Assembly (NCBI GenBank): GCA_001643675.2
Contig: LSRY02000004.1
Coordinates: 1,178,001 to 1,242,000, forward strand
From: Monocercomonoides exilis PA203
Lineage: Eukaryota; Protista; Preaxostyla
DNA: 64,000 nt
Reading direction: 5' to 3'
Position numbers and translations under genes: made by a program. Below, piece by piece: positions 13,942 through 26,627 of this stretch. The stretch's first letter is position 1. Each line of letters opens with the position of its first letter. The notes under the pieces were generated by a model that ran no database searches, was not told the DNA's origin, and saw nothing but the letters and a program-made list of their open reading frames with translations.

Positions 13942-13968
13942 GGGTGATTTTTTTTGATATCATAAAAA
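13942..13968 (+). repeat. GGG-type transposon terminus (left-facing), 27-bp match to 36166-36192
   Basis: GGGTGATTTTTTTTGATATCATAAAAA is the exact reverse complement of 36166-36192 and resembles the TIRs of MITE 37383-37637. Confidence 0.75.
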
Positions 13969-14447
13969 AAGATCAAAAATCGAAAAAATAAATTCTATTG
14001 TGGTATTAATTGATCAAATAGTTAAATTGATATTTCAATTGTATTTAGCTTTTATTTCTGTCATGTATATTTGTTTTATTTATGTATACAAAAAATAAAT
14101 ACATTTTTAATGTTTTTGATGAAAAAGGATTTTTATGATCAAGTTTCAAAAAAAATGTGAAAAATAAAAAATAAAACTGTAAAAGGAAAAATTGCAAATT
14201 CATAATTGGCAAAATACAACATTGCAAAGAGAAAGTTAATAAGAAGAACAGAAAAAAATGATAGGAAAACAAAATTATTGTAACTAATTGAACAATAATA
14301 GTCATTTTTCTATTTTTTCCCTTTCCTTTATTAGGCCAACAAATTTCCATTCATTTTATTCGTTTCATCGAATTCATCAAGCGTTAAACGAAATAGTGGA
14401 ACATTGGATAAAGTCAAGTTCAATATCTGGATCATCTTCATCGCTTT

Positions 14448-14647
14448 GAATAAAATCGTTTCTAACAGAGGAACTGATGCTTTTGCCTGTGGCAGACCTA
14501 AACAGACCCCATGTACCAACGTCGAGTATGCACTCAACGGCTTCATTTCCCTCCTCCAAGACGCCTCTCTCACCCTCCTCACCTCAACGTTTGTTCCAAC
14601 TCAAACACTCACTTTCAGCGCTGTTGACACAAAAACAACAGGAAATA
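14448..14647 (+). pseudogene. Short fragment of the surface-protein family (CG....PC module)
   Basis: NKIVSNRGTDAFACGRPKQTPCTNVEYALNGFISLLQDASLTLL aligns with the end of ORF 578-1477, which is on the opposite strand. Confidence 0.75.
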
Positions 14648-15149
14648 ATGACTTTTTTCTGATTTCTATATTATTCCTTTCATTTTCTTATTTTTGCATA
14701 TTTTCCATATCATAGAAAAATTCATAAGCTATCATAGCTTTTTCAATTGGAGTATATGTCTTCACTTATTTTTTTCAGAAATCCATACCATCAACAAGAC
14801 AAAAATATTTCTTCGTCATTACCTCATCTAATTTTTCTTCTCCATCAACAACAAATTAAGCTCATGAAAAAAGATTCATTGCTGTCGTATCTTCAAAAGA
14901 AATATATTCATGTATATCAGGCAATTTTCTTCAGTTTATATTTTCTTCACCTTTCCGATTTCAACTTGCTTGCATCCAATTAGTACCAGAATCTCATATG
15001 ACTTCCCGTCAAACATGATTTTTCCCAAAAACTGCTCTATCTCATTATTTCATTTTCCGCGACTTTCTGAAGGCATGTGGCCTTGTAAAATCTCTCCAAA
15101 ATCATCCCTGCAACTGTTTGTTCAAAGAAATCTTTTCCCACCTTGTTCA

Positions 15150-18100
15150 TTCTGCTTCATGTAATTCTTTCATCTTCCAAATGCAAATAGTTAAATCAAT
15201 CTCTGCTTTCAATCGCCCGCAAGATGGTCTGCTTTTCTCGGATAAACATAGAATTTCTTCGATCTCCATAAACTAAAGCTGATATTCTGTGATTGAATGA
15301 AGATTCACTTTGCGATGATGAACAGAAATGAAAGATGAAGACTGGCACTGAATTTGAGGAGAATTGAATGAAAAAGAAGGAGACGAAGAAAGAACATCCA
15401 GTCAAAGAGGAAAAAGTGTTCCAGAAGAAGCAGAAGTGGCAGAAGATGAATGCACAGCTTGAGATAAAAGTGAAGGAGATAAAGATGTTCTGAAAGAAGG
15501 AAAAGATTGTTGTTGGATGTTCATAAACAAGGACGAAATGACAAGTGATGAAGTACAATGAGAAAGAGGATGAAGAACATTTTTTGTATTTGAGCAAAAT
15601 CAGCAGCTGAATCAAAAGGCGCAACCGAATTGAGGGCAGTGTATTTCTGCATCAAATTCATCACAATCGAATTCTGCGATGAAAAGAAAGACACTAACTT
15701 TTGAAACGACAGCGTATCTCTTCTTCCAGGCACGTTGTTCTGACTGAATGTTCTTGTTCCTTTCTCCTGAAACAGCATAGGCGATCCTTTCCCTGCTCCT
15801 TTCCTTCCCTTCCTGTGTATCACTTCTGCTTCCTCTTTGTGCGGCCACCAACCACGCCACTTCATCACTCTTCCTCTTCTAAGCTCAGCCCTGATCTGCC
15901 TCAGCCCGCTCATTAGCGCACTCATCAGATCCAGCAGCGTTCTTATCTGCATCGCGTCAACTGATGCATACGCAGGCACCTTCTGCATCTTCCACACAAA
16001 TTGCCCATTTTCCTCACTTTTGATGAGAACATATCGGCAAGGAACATCCAATTCATCGCTCAAATCTTCCAGGTCAGAATTAGCAAGGTCATTCAACATG
16101 CAGTCCAATTTCCGCTCCCTTGTCAAAATTGGCGTTTGGCTTTCTTTCGCCTCTTGCTGCGCCTCGCTTGTCATTTTGTTCTCTTTCTGGTTGATCTGTG
16201 TGCCTGTCCCAAGGTGTGATTGTAATATTTCCTGGATGCTGCAAAACAGATTCTTGTCTTTTTCCTCTATCTTCTTCACCATTTTCTCCATTTTCCTGCG
16301 CTCCCGCTCTTCTTTCTCCTTCTTCTTCTTTTGTATTTTCTGTTGTTTCGTCAGCCGAAGCAGGTTTTCTCTCTGATCATCAGATTCCAATGAACAATCA
16401 ATGATCTTCGCCTCTTCATCGTCCACTTTCCCTTTCTCATTCTGAAACTCATCTTGCATCGCCCTTGTCACTTCTTTGTTGAAATTCTTCATTCCCATCA
16501 CAGCCAACGTCACCCCTCCTCCTTCTCATCCTCCTCCTCCAATTCCAATTCCAATTCCTCCTCTTCCAACAGCAGGTGACAGCGGAGGTGCAGGTTCACA
16601 AACAGCTCCTCTCCCCATCTCCATCTCTTGATTGAACAAAATAAACGCCCTCCCTCAGACTCCTCTCCATCCACCTTCGATTCGCTTCCCTCGCGTAAAG
16701 TGTATAGCTCCAAAGGCGTCTCTTACTGAAGAATATTGCTTAGGCTGTGGAGAAGGTGATGGTGTTGGAAAAGGAGTTGGTTTTGATGCTTTTGCAATGA
16801 AAGAGGCTCGGGCTTTGGCTCATTGGAATGTATTTCGTCTTTTCTGCCGTTTCTTATTGATTCTATGGCGTTTGTATTCTTTTCTGCTTCCGTTTGATTA
16901 TCTTTGCTTTTGAAACTACTGCTTTGGGGTTCATTAAATCCTCCAAAATCACTTTTTGATTTTCATCTTTTCCATCATCTTCATCTCCTTCAACTTCTTC
17001 CTTGTTTCCATTTTCATTCAAAGAATTATTCCATTCTTTCTCTTCTTTCTCCCTTTTTCGCCATCCCCCTCATTTTTGAAGCATTTTCATTTATTCCTGG
17101 TCTTTTTATTGATCGTCAATCGATGCAGGAGAAAGCAACAGGTTTGGTCTGACCATCAAAAGCACTTTGTTCATAACAGAATCACGTTGAAGCTCAAGCG
17201 CTTGGAAATACCGCTGAATCAAACACTGTTTTTCTCTCTGTTTGTGTCCATCTTTTTTCGCTCTTCTTTATCGCTGACTGTGGAGCTGTCACAAAGGCAT
17301 TCACTTTCTTCATTTTACTTCGGTTCCTTCATAGAATTTCTTCTCATCAATGATAAACTCTCGTTTTCTTCTGCTTTTGCTTTATCTTCTTTTTCATCAT
17401 CATTGTTATCTCCTTCATCAACAAGCTTTAATGCCTTTATCAACTTAATTTGTTCTCTTGTTCTTTTTTCCTCTCTTTTCTTGTTCCTTGCTTCTTTCTT
17501 TCTTTCTCTTTCCCTCTTCTCCAGATTCTCCGCATACCGCTCCACCATCTGAAACTCTGCAAACAGCAGCAGCGCCTCAAACACATCTGGTGGGAGAACA
17601 AAATATTATCTTTTCCTTCTTCTTCCGAACTGTTGCTGCATCCTCCTCATCTGCTGCTCTTTGCCTGTCAGAAATCTGTTTCTAGAAGAGCGAAGCAACG
17701 AGGAAGAAGAAGAGGAGGAGGAAGAAGAGGAAGAAGAAGAAGAACGTGAGGCACCATAAGAAGCAGCCAATTGTTCACAGCTGTTGAGATAGCATCGACG
17801 GAGGAGAGGGTGCATTGCTCTTATGCGGCGAGCCATAGCAATTTCAGAACGATGAGGTGGTTTTGGATGGAGAGAGAGGTCAGTTACTGCTGGAGAAGAT
17901 GGAGAAGATGAAGAGGAAGATGAAGGAGAGGAAAATGGAGATAGCTGACAAAGAGAAAGAAAAGATTCATTGGGCAATAAAGAAGGGGATGTTCCTGTTC
18001 CTGTGCCAATGCCAGCAATTGAATGAGTAAAAAAGGTTTATGTTGAATTTTGATTGCTTTTTCTCAGTCTTTGTCTTCGTGATACATAAGACGGATTTTG

Positions 18101-20100
18101 AAGAGTTGGTTCTTGTGGCGGAAGGATCACAGGAAGCGGCAGACGCGGCGCATGTTTTCTTTTGAAATCTTCTATGATTTCGTCGACTTCTGCTTTTTCG
18201 GCTCTTTCTTGTGAAGAATTCACTTCTGACTGTTCGGATGAAGAGGAAGATGAAGATGAATCGTTAACAATCTTTTCTTTCTTGTAGAATTTGATTGAGA
18301 CTGTTTTTGATGAAAAACAAGAAGAACAAGAATACTCACCACAAGTTGAGAATACAGATTCTGTTTCGGTTGCACCTTCTTTGCTATCTTATCCATTATC
18401 ATTCTTTTTTTCTTTTTCATCTCTCGTTTTCTTCTTCTCAGAAGCATACTGATGATGATGATGATGATGATTTCTGCATTGATGTCGATGATTTTGCTTA
18501 TTTCCATGAATATGTCTATGTTTATGTCTGTTCTGTTTCATCTGTCTGTATCTGCCACACAAACATTCGCCCACCGGAAACACGTCTTCTTCTGTCAAAT
18601 CGTCTGTCATCGGAACAATCTGCAGCCAAATGCCAAATGCCCGTGTGTTTGCTGATTGGAGCTGAGAAGTGGTGGATGCTATAGATTGATGTAATAGTAG
18701 CTTCAGAACAGAATTTGGAGAAGAAGAAGAAGAAGAGGAAGAGGAAGAAGAGGAAGAAGAAGAGGAGCTTGAAAGGGATTCTGAATTGGAAGAGAAAGAA
18801 AAAGAAGAAATATTTGAAGAGTTTGATTCATTTAGAAGGTATTTTTCGACTTCTGTTTTTGTTTTCAGCAGTTCAAGCGCTCGTGTCAGTTGTCCACACA
18901 CTGGAAATAAGGAGCTTTTATATGAACAAGGTGAGTTCATCACAAATGCTTGCAGTTTATTCAGCACTTTCATTGAACAAGTTTTGATCAAGTTCGAAAT
19001 ATTTCCTTCGGATTTACAAGCAGAAAAATTTACAAATATGTTTGTATCCCTCACAAATCTCGGCAGATTCGCCAATGACTCAACAAACGCTGCTTTTGTA
19101 TTCAACGAATAGCATGCTTGAGCCAACCTCACCAGCTTCTGAATGGATGCTCCTCTTTCACACAGCCAGAGTGGATCTCCAAAGCCCTCTCTAATAGCTC
19201 CAGCCACAAAGTCCCTTCTGATCGCATCTGACTGAAAAACGGACAATTCTCTGCTCGAAATGAGGCTGTTTGCAAGCGAACCGAATCTTCTTCGCAGAAT
19301 GCCATCTCCGTTGTTCAGCACTTGCTCAAAGAGGAAATCGTCAATGAGAAAAGTTGCACAGTCAGGAAAACCAAATGTTTTGATTGTGTTAAAGGATGAG
19401 TAGTTTTCGAGTGTCAATGGATTGACTCCACATTCATCAACTGCCTCGTCTGTGTCAAGATGCTCCACCCAATCACCCAACAGCTTAAAACCAGGAAATT
19501 TCTCTTTTTTCTCTTTCTCTTTTCCTTTCCCTCTTTCTCTCTCTTTCAGCTTCTCCTTCCACTTCTCCTTCTCTCTCTCCCTCATCGCTGTTATTCCTGT
19601 TATTCCTCTAACAAAACTTCCTCTTTTTCCCTTTGCATCTTTCCCATCATTCCCATTCTCAAACATTCCAGTAAAAATAGCCATCATCCTCTGCTCTTTG
19701 TTCGATATCTGCTTGTTTTTCTGCCCCCATCTCAGTCTGTTCTGTCTCAATTGAAGTTTTCTTGTGTAAATGTTTGAAAATTCGTTGTCTTCATCAAAAA
19801 GAGGCAGCGGAGGAGGAGGAAAATCAGGTGAAGTTGAATGAGAAAGAAGCTGTTGAGTGAGAAAGGAATGAGGAAGGGAAGGGATGTGAGAAAGAGAAGC
19901 GAGAGAAGGGAAAGAAGGAGAAAGGGAAGAAAGGGAAGAGGTTAAAGAAGAGGTGGAGATGGAAGGAGTTGATAGAGAAAGAATAACAGAAGAGAAAGAA
20001 GAAGGTTTGAGGGATGTTTTGAAGTTATGTTGTGGTTGTTGATTAAGATGCTGATGTTGATGACGAGAATGAGAAATGAATAAGAACATGAATAAGAAAA
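15150..20100 (-). pseudogene. Decayed low-complexity hypothetical gene
   Basis: Minus-strand ORFs 18389-20089, 17315-17584 and 15521-16513 have globular-looking segments separated by stops and frameshifts. No family recognised. Confidence 0.4.
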
Positions 20101-20645
20101 ATTAAGAGAAGAAGGAGTGCACAATGTGTTAAATGAGTAAATGCCCGTTGGATAGAGACGATGAATAGAGGCAGAAGAAGGCGAAAAGAGTTGAGTGGCA
20201 AAATGGAAATGGAAAGAAGAGGAAAGAGGAGAAAGAGGAGAATATTGAAGAGCCAATGAAGAAGGAACAAGGGAAGATCTGTTGGTTGAGAGAAGGCGAT
20301 GAATGAAAGGTGTATTGAATGAAAGAGAAGGATCAGGAGGAAGAAAAGGATGAAGTGGAGAAAGAGAAAAAAACAAGAAGAAATCGTATGATATGATGTT
20401 GAAATATTTGATTAAGAAGAAGATGATGATGATGAATGTGTGGCATGAAATGATCAATTACTGGAAATAAAGAAGATGAGTGTCAATTTACATCAGCTGA
20501 GATATTCATTGAAATTCTCTTCTTCCCTTTCTTTTATGTTCTTCTGCAGAGGAGAAACATCTGAATCCCTTTTCACTTTCAGCTTAATCCACTTTTTCTC
20601 TTTTCAACAAAAAAAATGAAATATAAAGCGATCCCTTTTTCATTC

Positions 20646-21890
20646 CATCTCTTCTTCTTTCACTTCCCCTTCTTTCACAAAAGATCATCTTTCCTCAAAA
20701 ACTATTCTTCGCCAAAGCCCATGTCAGGAATCTTCGAAATATCTCGCATTTCATCTATCTGTATTTTTCTTCCTTGCTTTTCTTCTTCTTCTTCAAAGCC
20801 ATATAATCCTTCGCTTTTTCAACGTCCTGAATGAAAAAATAATAATCACTTCAAAAAATATTCAACAAACCTTCAAAACATTTTTATATGCAATTTTCTG
20901 TTTTATATTCCATTGCCAACTGTTTCCCTCCAATAAAAATTCTTTATTCCTTCCATTTTCAAATATTTCTTCTCTGATTTTCTAATCGTCCTTTCCATCA
21001 GTTGTTTCTCCATCAAATGCATCGATATCTTGCTCTTTTGAAAAATGTGAGATTTATGTATTTTCTTCAATTTCATCTTTCTCATTGAAAAATATCCTTG
21101 TTTCTCGTCTGAAAATATCATTCCAAATTCCTTCCCAATCCCTTCACCCTGGGCACTTTCTATATGAATTCGCTCTCCCAACTCGATAGTCGCCCTGCAC
21201 AACGAGATATCCCGCCTTCATTCATTTTCATTCATTTCCGCCTCCTGCCCTGAAAGAAAGAATAAAAACGGTCAATAAAAAATAATCATATATAGAAATA
21301 ATAAATAAATACCAAACTTCCTTCTCTGCCTTTTATTAGCAATTATTCTTTGGCATATCAATCATATAAATATTTTCATTAAAAACAAAAGAAAGAACAT
21401 CTATTGATTGTCTATGAAAAAGATTTGTTTAAAAAACATGTGTTTTCCTCATATGGTAACAAATAACAAACCTCGATGCAACGTCAATGTGAGAAAAATT
21501 GTTGAAAGAACATTTTGAAATAAAGTTATGGAATTTTTTCTCATTGAAAAAAGTTCTAAACACACATTTTTTTTAATCATTTTTAATGAATATTGTTGTT
21601 TTAATAATTATGAGGCGTATGAACACTAATAGAATATAAGCATTTTCTCGTTCTTGAAAGAACAAAAAAGCGAAAAATTTTCATAGATTTTTGATCTGAA
21701 AATTTGAGATACATTTTTCGAAAAAGAGGTCACACCTTGGTACCCCTTTTTTTGACATATTTCACACACCGTCATTCTAACAAATCGATTCATGCGAAAA
21801 AAATGCCACCCAAGGTGTGACCCTCGTGGGATACCTTAAAAATATTTTTTCCTTATGATCAGATCCATAATTATTTGGACATGCATGAAA
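20646..21890. repeat. Left arm of a 1245-bp inverted repeat
   Basis: Reverse complement of 27546-28790. Both arms are 1245 bp, both carry an identical 99-aa ORF, and spot checks found no mismatch. Confidence 0.95.
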
Positions 21891-22718
21891 ATGTCTGACT
21901 TTTGTGTTATGAGACCATTATTCTCCATTTGTTATCTGCACAAAATTTTAACATTCTGACATTATTTTGTGAAATATTTTGTTGTTTAGTCGTTTTTGTT
22001 GGATGAAATTTTGTATTTGTGATGTTGAAAGTTTTTGAAATGAATTTCTTTTTCTTTTTTAAGAATCTTCAAATTTAAAAAAAAATTAAAATTAAAATAA
22101 AGAATAAATGATCTTAAGAAGTTTCCCAAAAGTTCATAATTTGAATAAAAAATGTTTCATCATTATTGTTCAAATAAAGTTATTTCCGCATTTAATTTTG
22201 AACGAATAAATCGAAAAAATATTTAATTTCTTCAAGGTTGTATTTGAGAAATAAAATATTTTAATCTGTAATTAGAAATATTTTAATTAGTCATCCATTC
22301 ATATATTAACAATTTTGTCCATTGAGTGAAAATAAAAAAAACAAAATGTTTTACTAAACTTTCATCTCTGATTAAAATTTTTCTTGAAAAAACATATTTT
22401 TTGCTGAAATCAAACAACTCAATATTTATTTTAAAAAAAAGAAAAGAAAATCAGTTTGACATTTAATTTTGTTGATTATCAAATTTTTTTTATTTTTATT
22501 TTTATTTATTTTATTTTATTTTTTTTTTTTTTTGATTTTATGATTTCATTAATACGCTTTTTGGATTGCTATGTGTCTTTTGAGAAAATTAAATTGTGAG
22601 AAAGAAAAAAAGAATTTCAATAAATAAAAATAAAAATAAAAAAACAGTGAATGACTTCGGAATTTTTATGATTTTTTCATATTGAAAATTCCATAATAAA
22701 TTATATATTTCACAAAAA

Positions 22719-25700
22719 ATGTCTTTTTTGAAACCTCAGTCAACTCTTAATTCTAGATCGAAAATTCTTTGGAAAGAAATTGAACGCATCGGTGGAGATG
22801 ATGTGGATTCATTGCTTGTCTATCTCTTTTACAACTACAGGCAATCATCTTCAGTAATTAACGATTTGTTGAAGTCATTAAACGGTTTGATTATTATTTA
22901 GTCAAGTTTTATATGGAATATTTCTTGAACTGTCATTGTTGTCATTTTCTTATTTATTTGCTAATTATTTTTATTTATAAACAGAATATCACATAAAGCT
23001 GCTGGAAGACCTGTCTGTGGTGTACAACAACGCTCCATTGCACACTCAGACAACAATGCTGCAAGCGCTTTCCCGCAACACATCATTATCCGATTTACAG
23101 GACTATGGATATGATGTCACGGAAGGAAAATTCAGTTACGCGAAACAAACTCTGAAGAAAAACCAAGGATTTATTATTCCTCCTCAAAAACCTCATCTTC
23201 CGTCTTGCAAAAGTGGTTTGTATTTATTTAATTTTTTTTTTATGATGTTCTCTTTTTTCCTTAGGCTTAAATGAACAGGATTGGGAAAAGGGCAACAACC
23301 GGATGTTAGCCCATTCAACTGAAGCTTCAACTTCGCTTCAGTCAGCAAAGAAAAAGCAGCGAGCTGAGCCAGATTACGCAAGATTTATTGACGAAGCAGC
23401 GTGGGATGAAGAAATAATCACAGAAAATTCTTCTATAAATAAAAAACAATCTTCTTCTTCTTCATCATCATCTCAACAAAATAAAAAATCAAATATCGTT
23501 TCAGAAAAAAAATCTCCTTCTTCAAATTCTTCACCTTCTCAATCTATTGATGCTCCAATCAACACTCCAATTATGAGAGAAAGGAGATCAACAAATAGAA
23601 AAACAAATAAATCACATCAAAAACGTCACTCGTCTCCTTCACCCATTCCAATTCACAAATTCTTCAAAACACAACAATCGTCATCCACTTCCTCATCTTC
23701 CTCTTCTTCCTCTTCTTCCTCTTCTTCCAAAAAGCAACAAGAAGAATCAAAAAATTCTTCTCACATCGAAAAATCTTCAACATCCTTTCGTAACGATGAT
23801 GTGTGGGTGAGTGATCAATTAGTCGAATATGCAACTTCACCCACTCTTATTCCTCCTCAAGCATTCCAAAATCTTCTTTCGTCATTTTCAAAAGAAATCA
23901 ACACTTCATCTTCTCAACATAATACACAAACAGATGATAGTGATTTATCGCTTTGTGATAATTTAGCACAAACCATGTCAAACAGCAACGCAATGGATGT
24001 TCTTCCTGCAATTCAATCTCCTTCCCTCTCTCTATCTTCTTCTCATTCTTATGATTCTTCAAAAACATTATCAAAACTGTCAAAAGGATTACCGAATTTG
24101 GGAAACACCTGCTATTTTGCTTCTCTTCTTCAATGCTTCTCTTCTGTCATGTCACAAAAACCATCTTTATTCAAAAAAACGATCAACAACAAAGAGCATA
24201 TCTTCTCGTGTTTTAAGTGTATGTAATCAACTATCCAAAGATGGAGATGAAATTCGTTCGTGAGTCCCATCGCTTATCAATAAATGGGAAGAATTCTGCA
24301 ACTATGGAAGCAGGCAGCAACAGAATGTGATAGAAGCATTTGAAAATCTTCATCAACTTCTTCAAATTAATAAGATATTTGAAAAGGATACCTTCAATCC
24401 TGTGTTCATTACTCATTTCAAATGTCAAAAATGTCAAAAAGTTTCTAATTATTTCAATGAAGCCTGCAGTTATGTTATCATTAATTCATCATCTCCTCAG
24501 AAAGGTCTATCTTCTATCTTTTCAACTGAGATATTGAACGGAAAAAATGCTGTCTATTGCAACGATTGCAAAGAGAAATGCTGTGCTGCGAGATGGGAGG
24601 AAATGGCTGCATTTCCAGAGGTGCTGGCCCTCTGTCACGAATGCACTGACCCTGCTAGCTCTGCTCCTTCACGAACTCTTCTGATTGAAACAGATCGTGT
24701 TAACAAGCGAACATTTATCAAAGGGTTTTCAACAGAAAGTTTTCAACATCTCCAAAAGAACAATAAGGAAATCATCATATATCATCTTGTTGGGCAAATT
24801 TTTTTTCAGCGTCTGGATCAACAAAATGGGCATTACATTGCAGTTGTGAAAAGGAATGCAGGAAGAGAGGCACTGTGGAATATTTGCAACGATTCTGATG
24901 TACTTGAATTGGACAAAGAAAACTGGACAAAGGCATGGAAGGATCTTTATGCTCAAGGTTTCACTCCTTCACTCTCATTTTATATCAAAGAAAAAACCAA
25001 ACCAACTTTTTCAACAATTCAATTTGGTGGTTCCTCTTCTTCTTCAGAAACATCAAATTATACCACTTCAAATGAAAGATCATCATCACCACCACCATCA
25101 CCATCATTCATCACACCTCCTCATCGTTCAACTTCCATTCCACAACTATCATCATCAATTACATCTTCTTATGGATTAGAAGCTTTGAAAGAAAAACGAA
25201 AGAAAACGGGCATCTTTTCTCCCAACGAAAAGAGACTAATCTTCAAGCCCAAAACGAAACTGTGGAGTGAGTTAACAGAAGAAACAAATATCAAAGTTTC
25301 TCTGTCACATTTCTACAAACTCACAACCAACTTCTCGAAAGCGAAAAGGCGCACAGATCTCTGCGGCATGTGCGAGAAACTCAGCTATTTGGAAAACAAA
25401 TTAAAGTCATCGCAAAACAAAAATGGACTTTCTTCAGCTGAGTTTCACACTTTGAAACTTCTTCGACAACACCGACTTGTTGCAGAAATGCAACGAAAAC
25501 ATTATCAATCTTCTGTCGACAATCTGAAAGAGGGAGAGGCAGTCTTCGTCTTCGACTTTAAAGAGAAATGGAAACTCCCCATCAGAAAAAATCAACTTCA
25601 ACAAGAATTCTTCAATTATCAACAGGTTTCTCAATTCACAATCATCTCTCTTCAAAAAATTAATAATCAACTCATAAAATTGACTTTCAACTTCTTCTCC

Positions 25701-26471
25701 GATTGCCTCTCAAATAATCACAGATTTGTTATTGAGTGTCTGGAATCTGTGATCAAAAGACACTTCTTCTCAGACACTCACACTTTTAAGTTCTTCTGCG
25801 ATTCTGGTCCACACAACCGAAATCGCTTCCTTCTTCACTTCATCCTCTCCAAACAATCAAAACTTTTGAAAAAGAAAAACACTCAACTCAACTTCTTCGC
25901 TGAGCACCATGGAAAAAATATCTGTGATAGTGAATTTGGTGCGTTAGTGAATGCAATCGATAACAATCTTTCGACTGAGCACATCACTACACTTCATGAT
26001 TTGATCAACTTCTTCGAAAACAATATGAATGTTTCAACATCTGTTTCATCATCTTCGCAATTGAATATTTTTGAATCATCCTCATTAAACAACTCCCCAT
26101 CTTCATCATCTATCAAGGAGTGTGTGCATGAGAGGTACTTTGAAGAGTATGTACCATCTCAGCAAATTTCATGGCCATCACTGTCAGTTCCCCACATGAA
26201 AGATTACTTGTATTTTGAACGCAAAGGCTCATTCGTCTGCGCATCTGCTGTTGGATATCTTCCTCAACGCTCTCTGGTTGCCCTCGAATCTTCGACAATG
26301 AAAGAAAATGTTCAACGTTCAAAAAAGTCATTTCACTCTGATATCACATCATCTAACTCTTCTCTTCTTTCTCAATCTTCTCAAGATCTTCTTTCAAGAA
26401 GATTTGAGCTTCTTCTTGACTCTTCATCTTTAAATGAATCTCAAAATTGTATTAATGGTGTCCCTTTTTAA
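22719..26471 (+). CDS. Spliced Sola-like DDD transposase with an internal USP/C19 domain; one frameshift and one in-frame TGA
   Basis: Exons 22719-22884, 22985-23215 and 23265 onward join in frame via GTTTG...AG introns. USP motifs: KGLPNLGNTCYFASLLQCF, RQQQNVIEAF, CQKC/CNDC, NGHYIAVVKR..WNICNDSDV. Transposase motifs: SLSHFYKL..RTDLCGMC, FVFDFKEKW, FFCDSGPHNRN, FFAEHHGKNICDSEFG. Frame change near 24175-24225 and TGA at 24261. Confidence 0.8.
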
Positions 26472-26481
26472 GAAACTAGTT

Positions 26482-26627
26482 GTTGTGTATGCTTAGCTGG
26501 CACTCTATCGGAAGGGTGCTGGACATGACTGTTCGTATTAGATATTGCAGCCTTCGGGCTGCTTTATCCGGACCTGGATACGACGAACAGCCTCCCAGGT
26601 GCACAACGGTTTGAATCCGATTGTTTT
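26482..26627 (+). ncRNA. Candidate structured RNA just downstream of the transposase stop codon
   Basis: GC-rich island with nested helices: GTTGTGT/GCACAAC, GCACTCT/AGGGTGC, CTGTTCGT/ACGAACAG, a GCAGCC-TTCG-GGCTGC hairpin (cUUCGg) and TATCC/GGATA. Confidence 0.45.

Noticed and set aside
20903-21202. Identical 99-aa ORFs (also 28234-28533) as functional genes
   Set aside because: They start at a non-ATG codon, are bounded by stops in a decayed frame, and are identical only because of the inverted repeat.
26489-26550. U1 snRNA (ATGCTTAGCTGGCA resembles ATACTTACCTGGCA; ATTGCAG resembles the U1A loop)
   Set aside because: The splice-site pairing bases are mismatched, the 70K loop is incomplete and there is no convincing Sm site.
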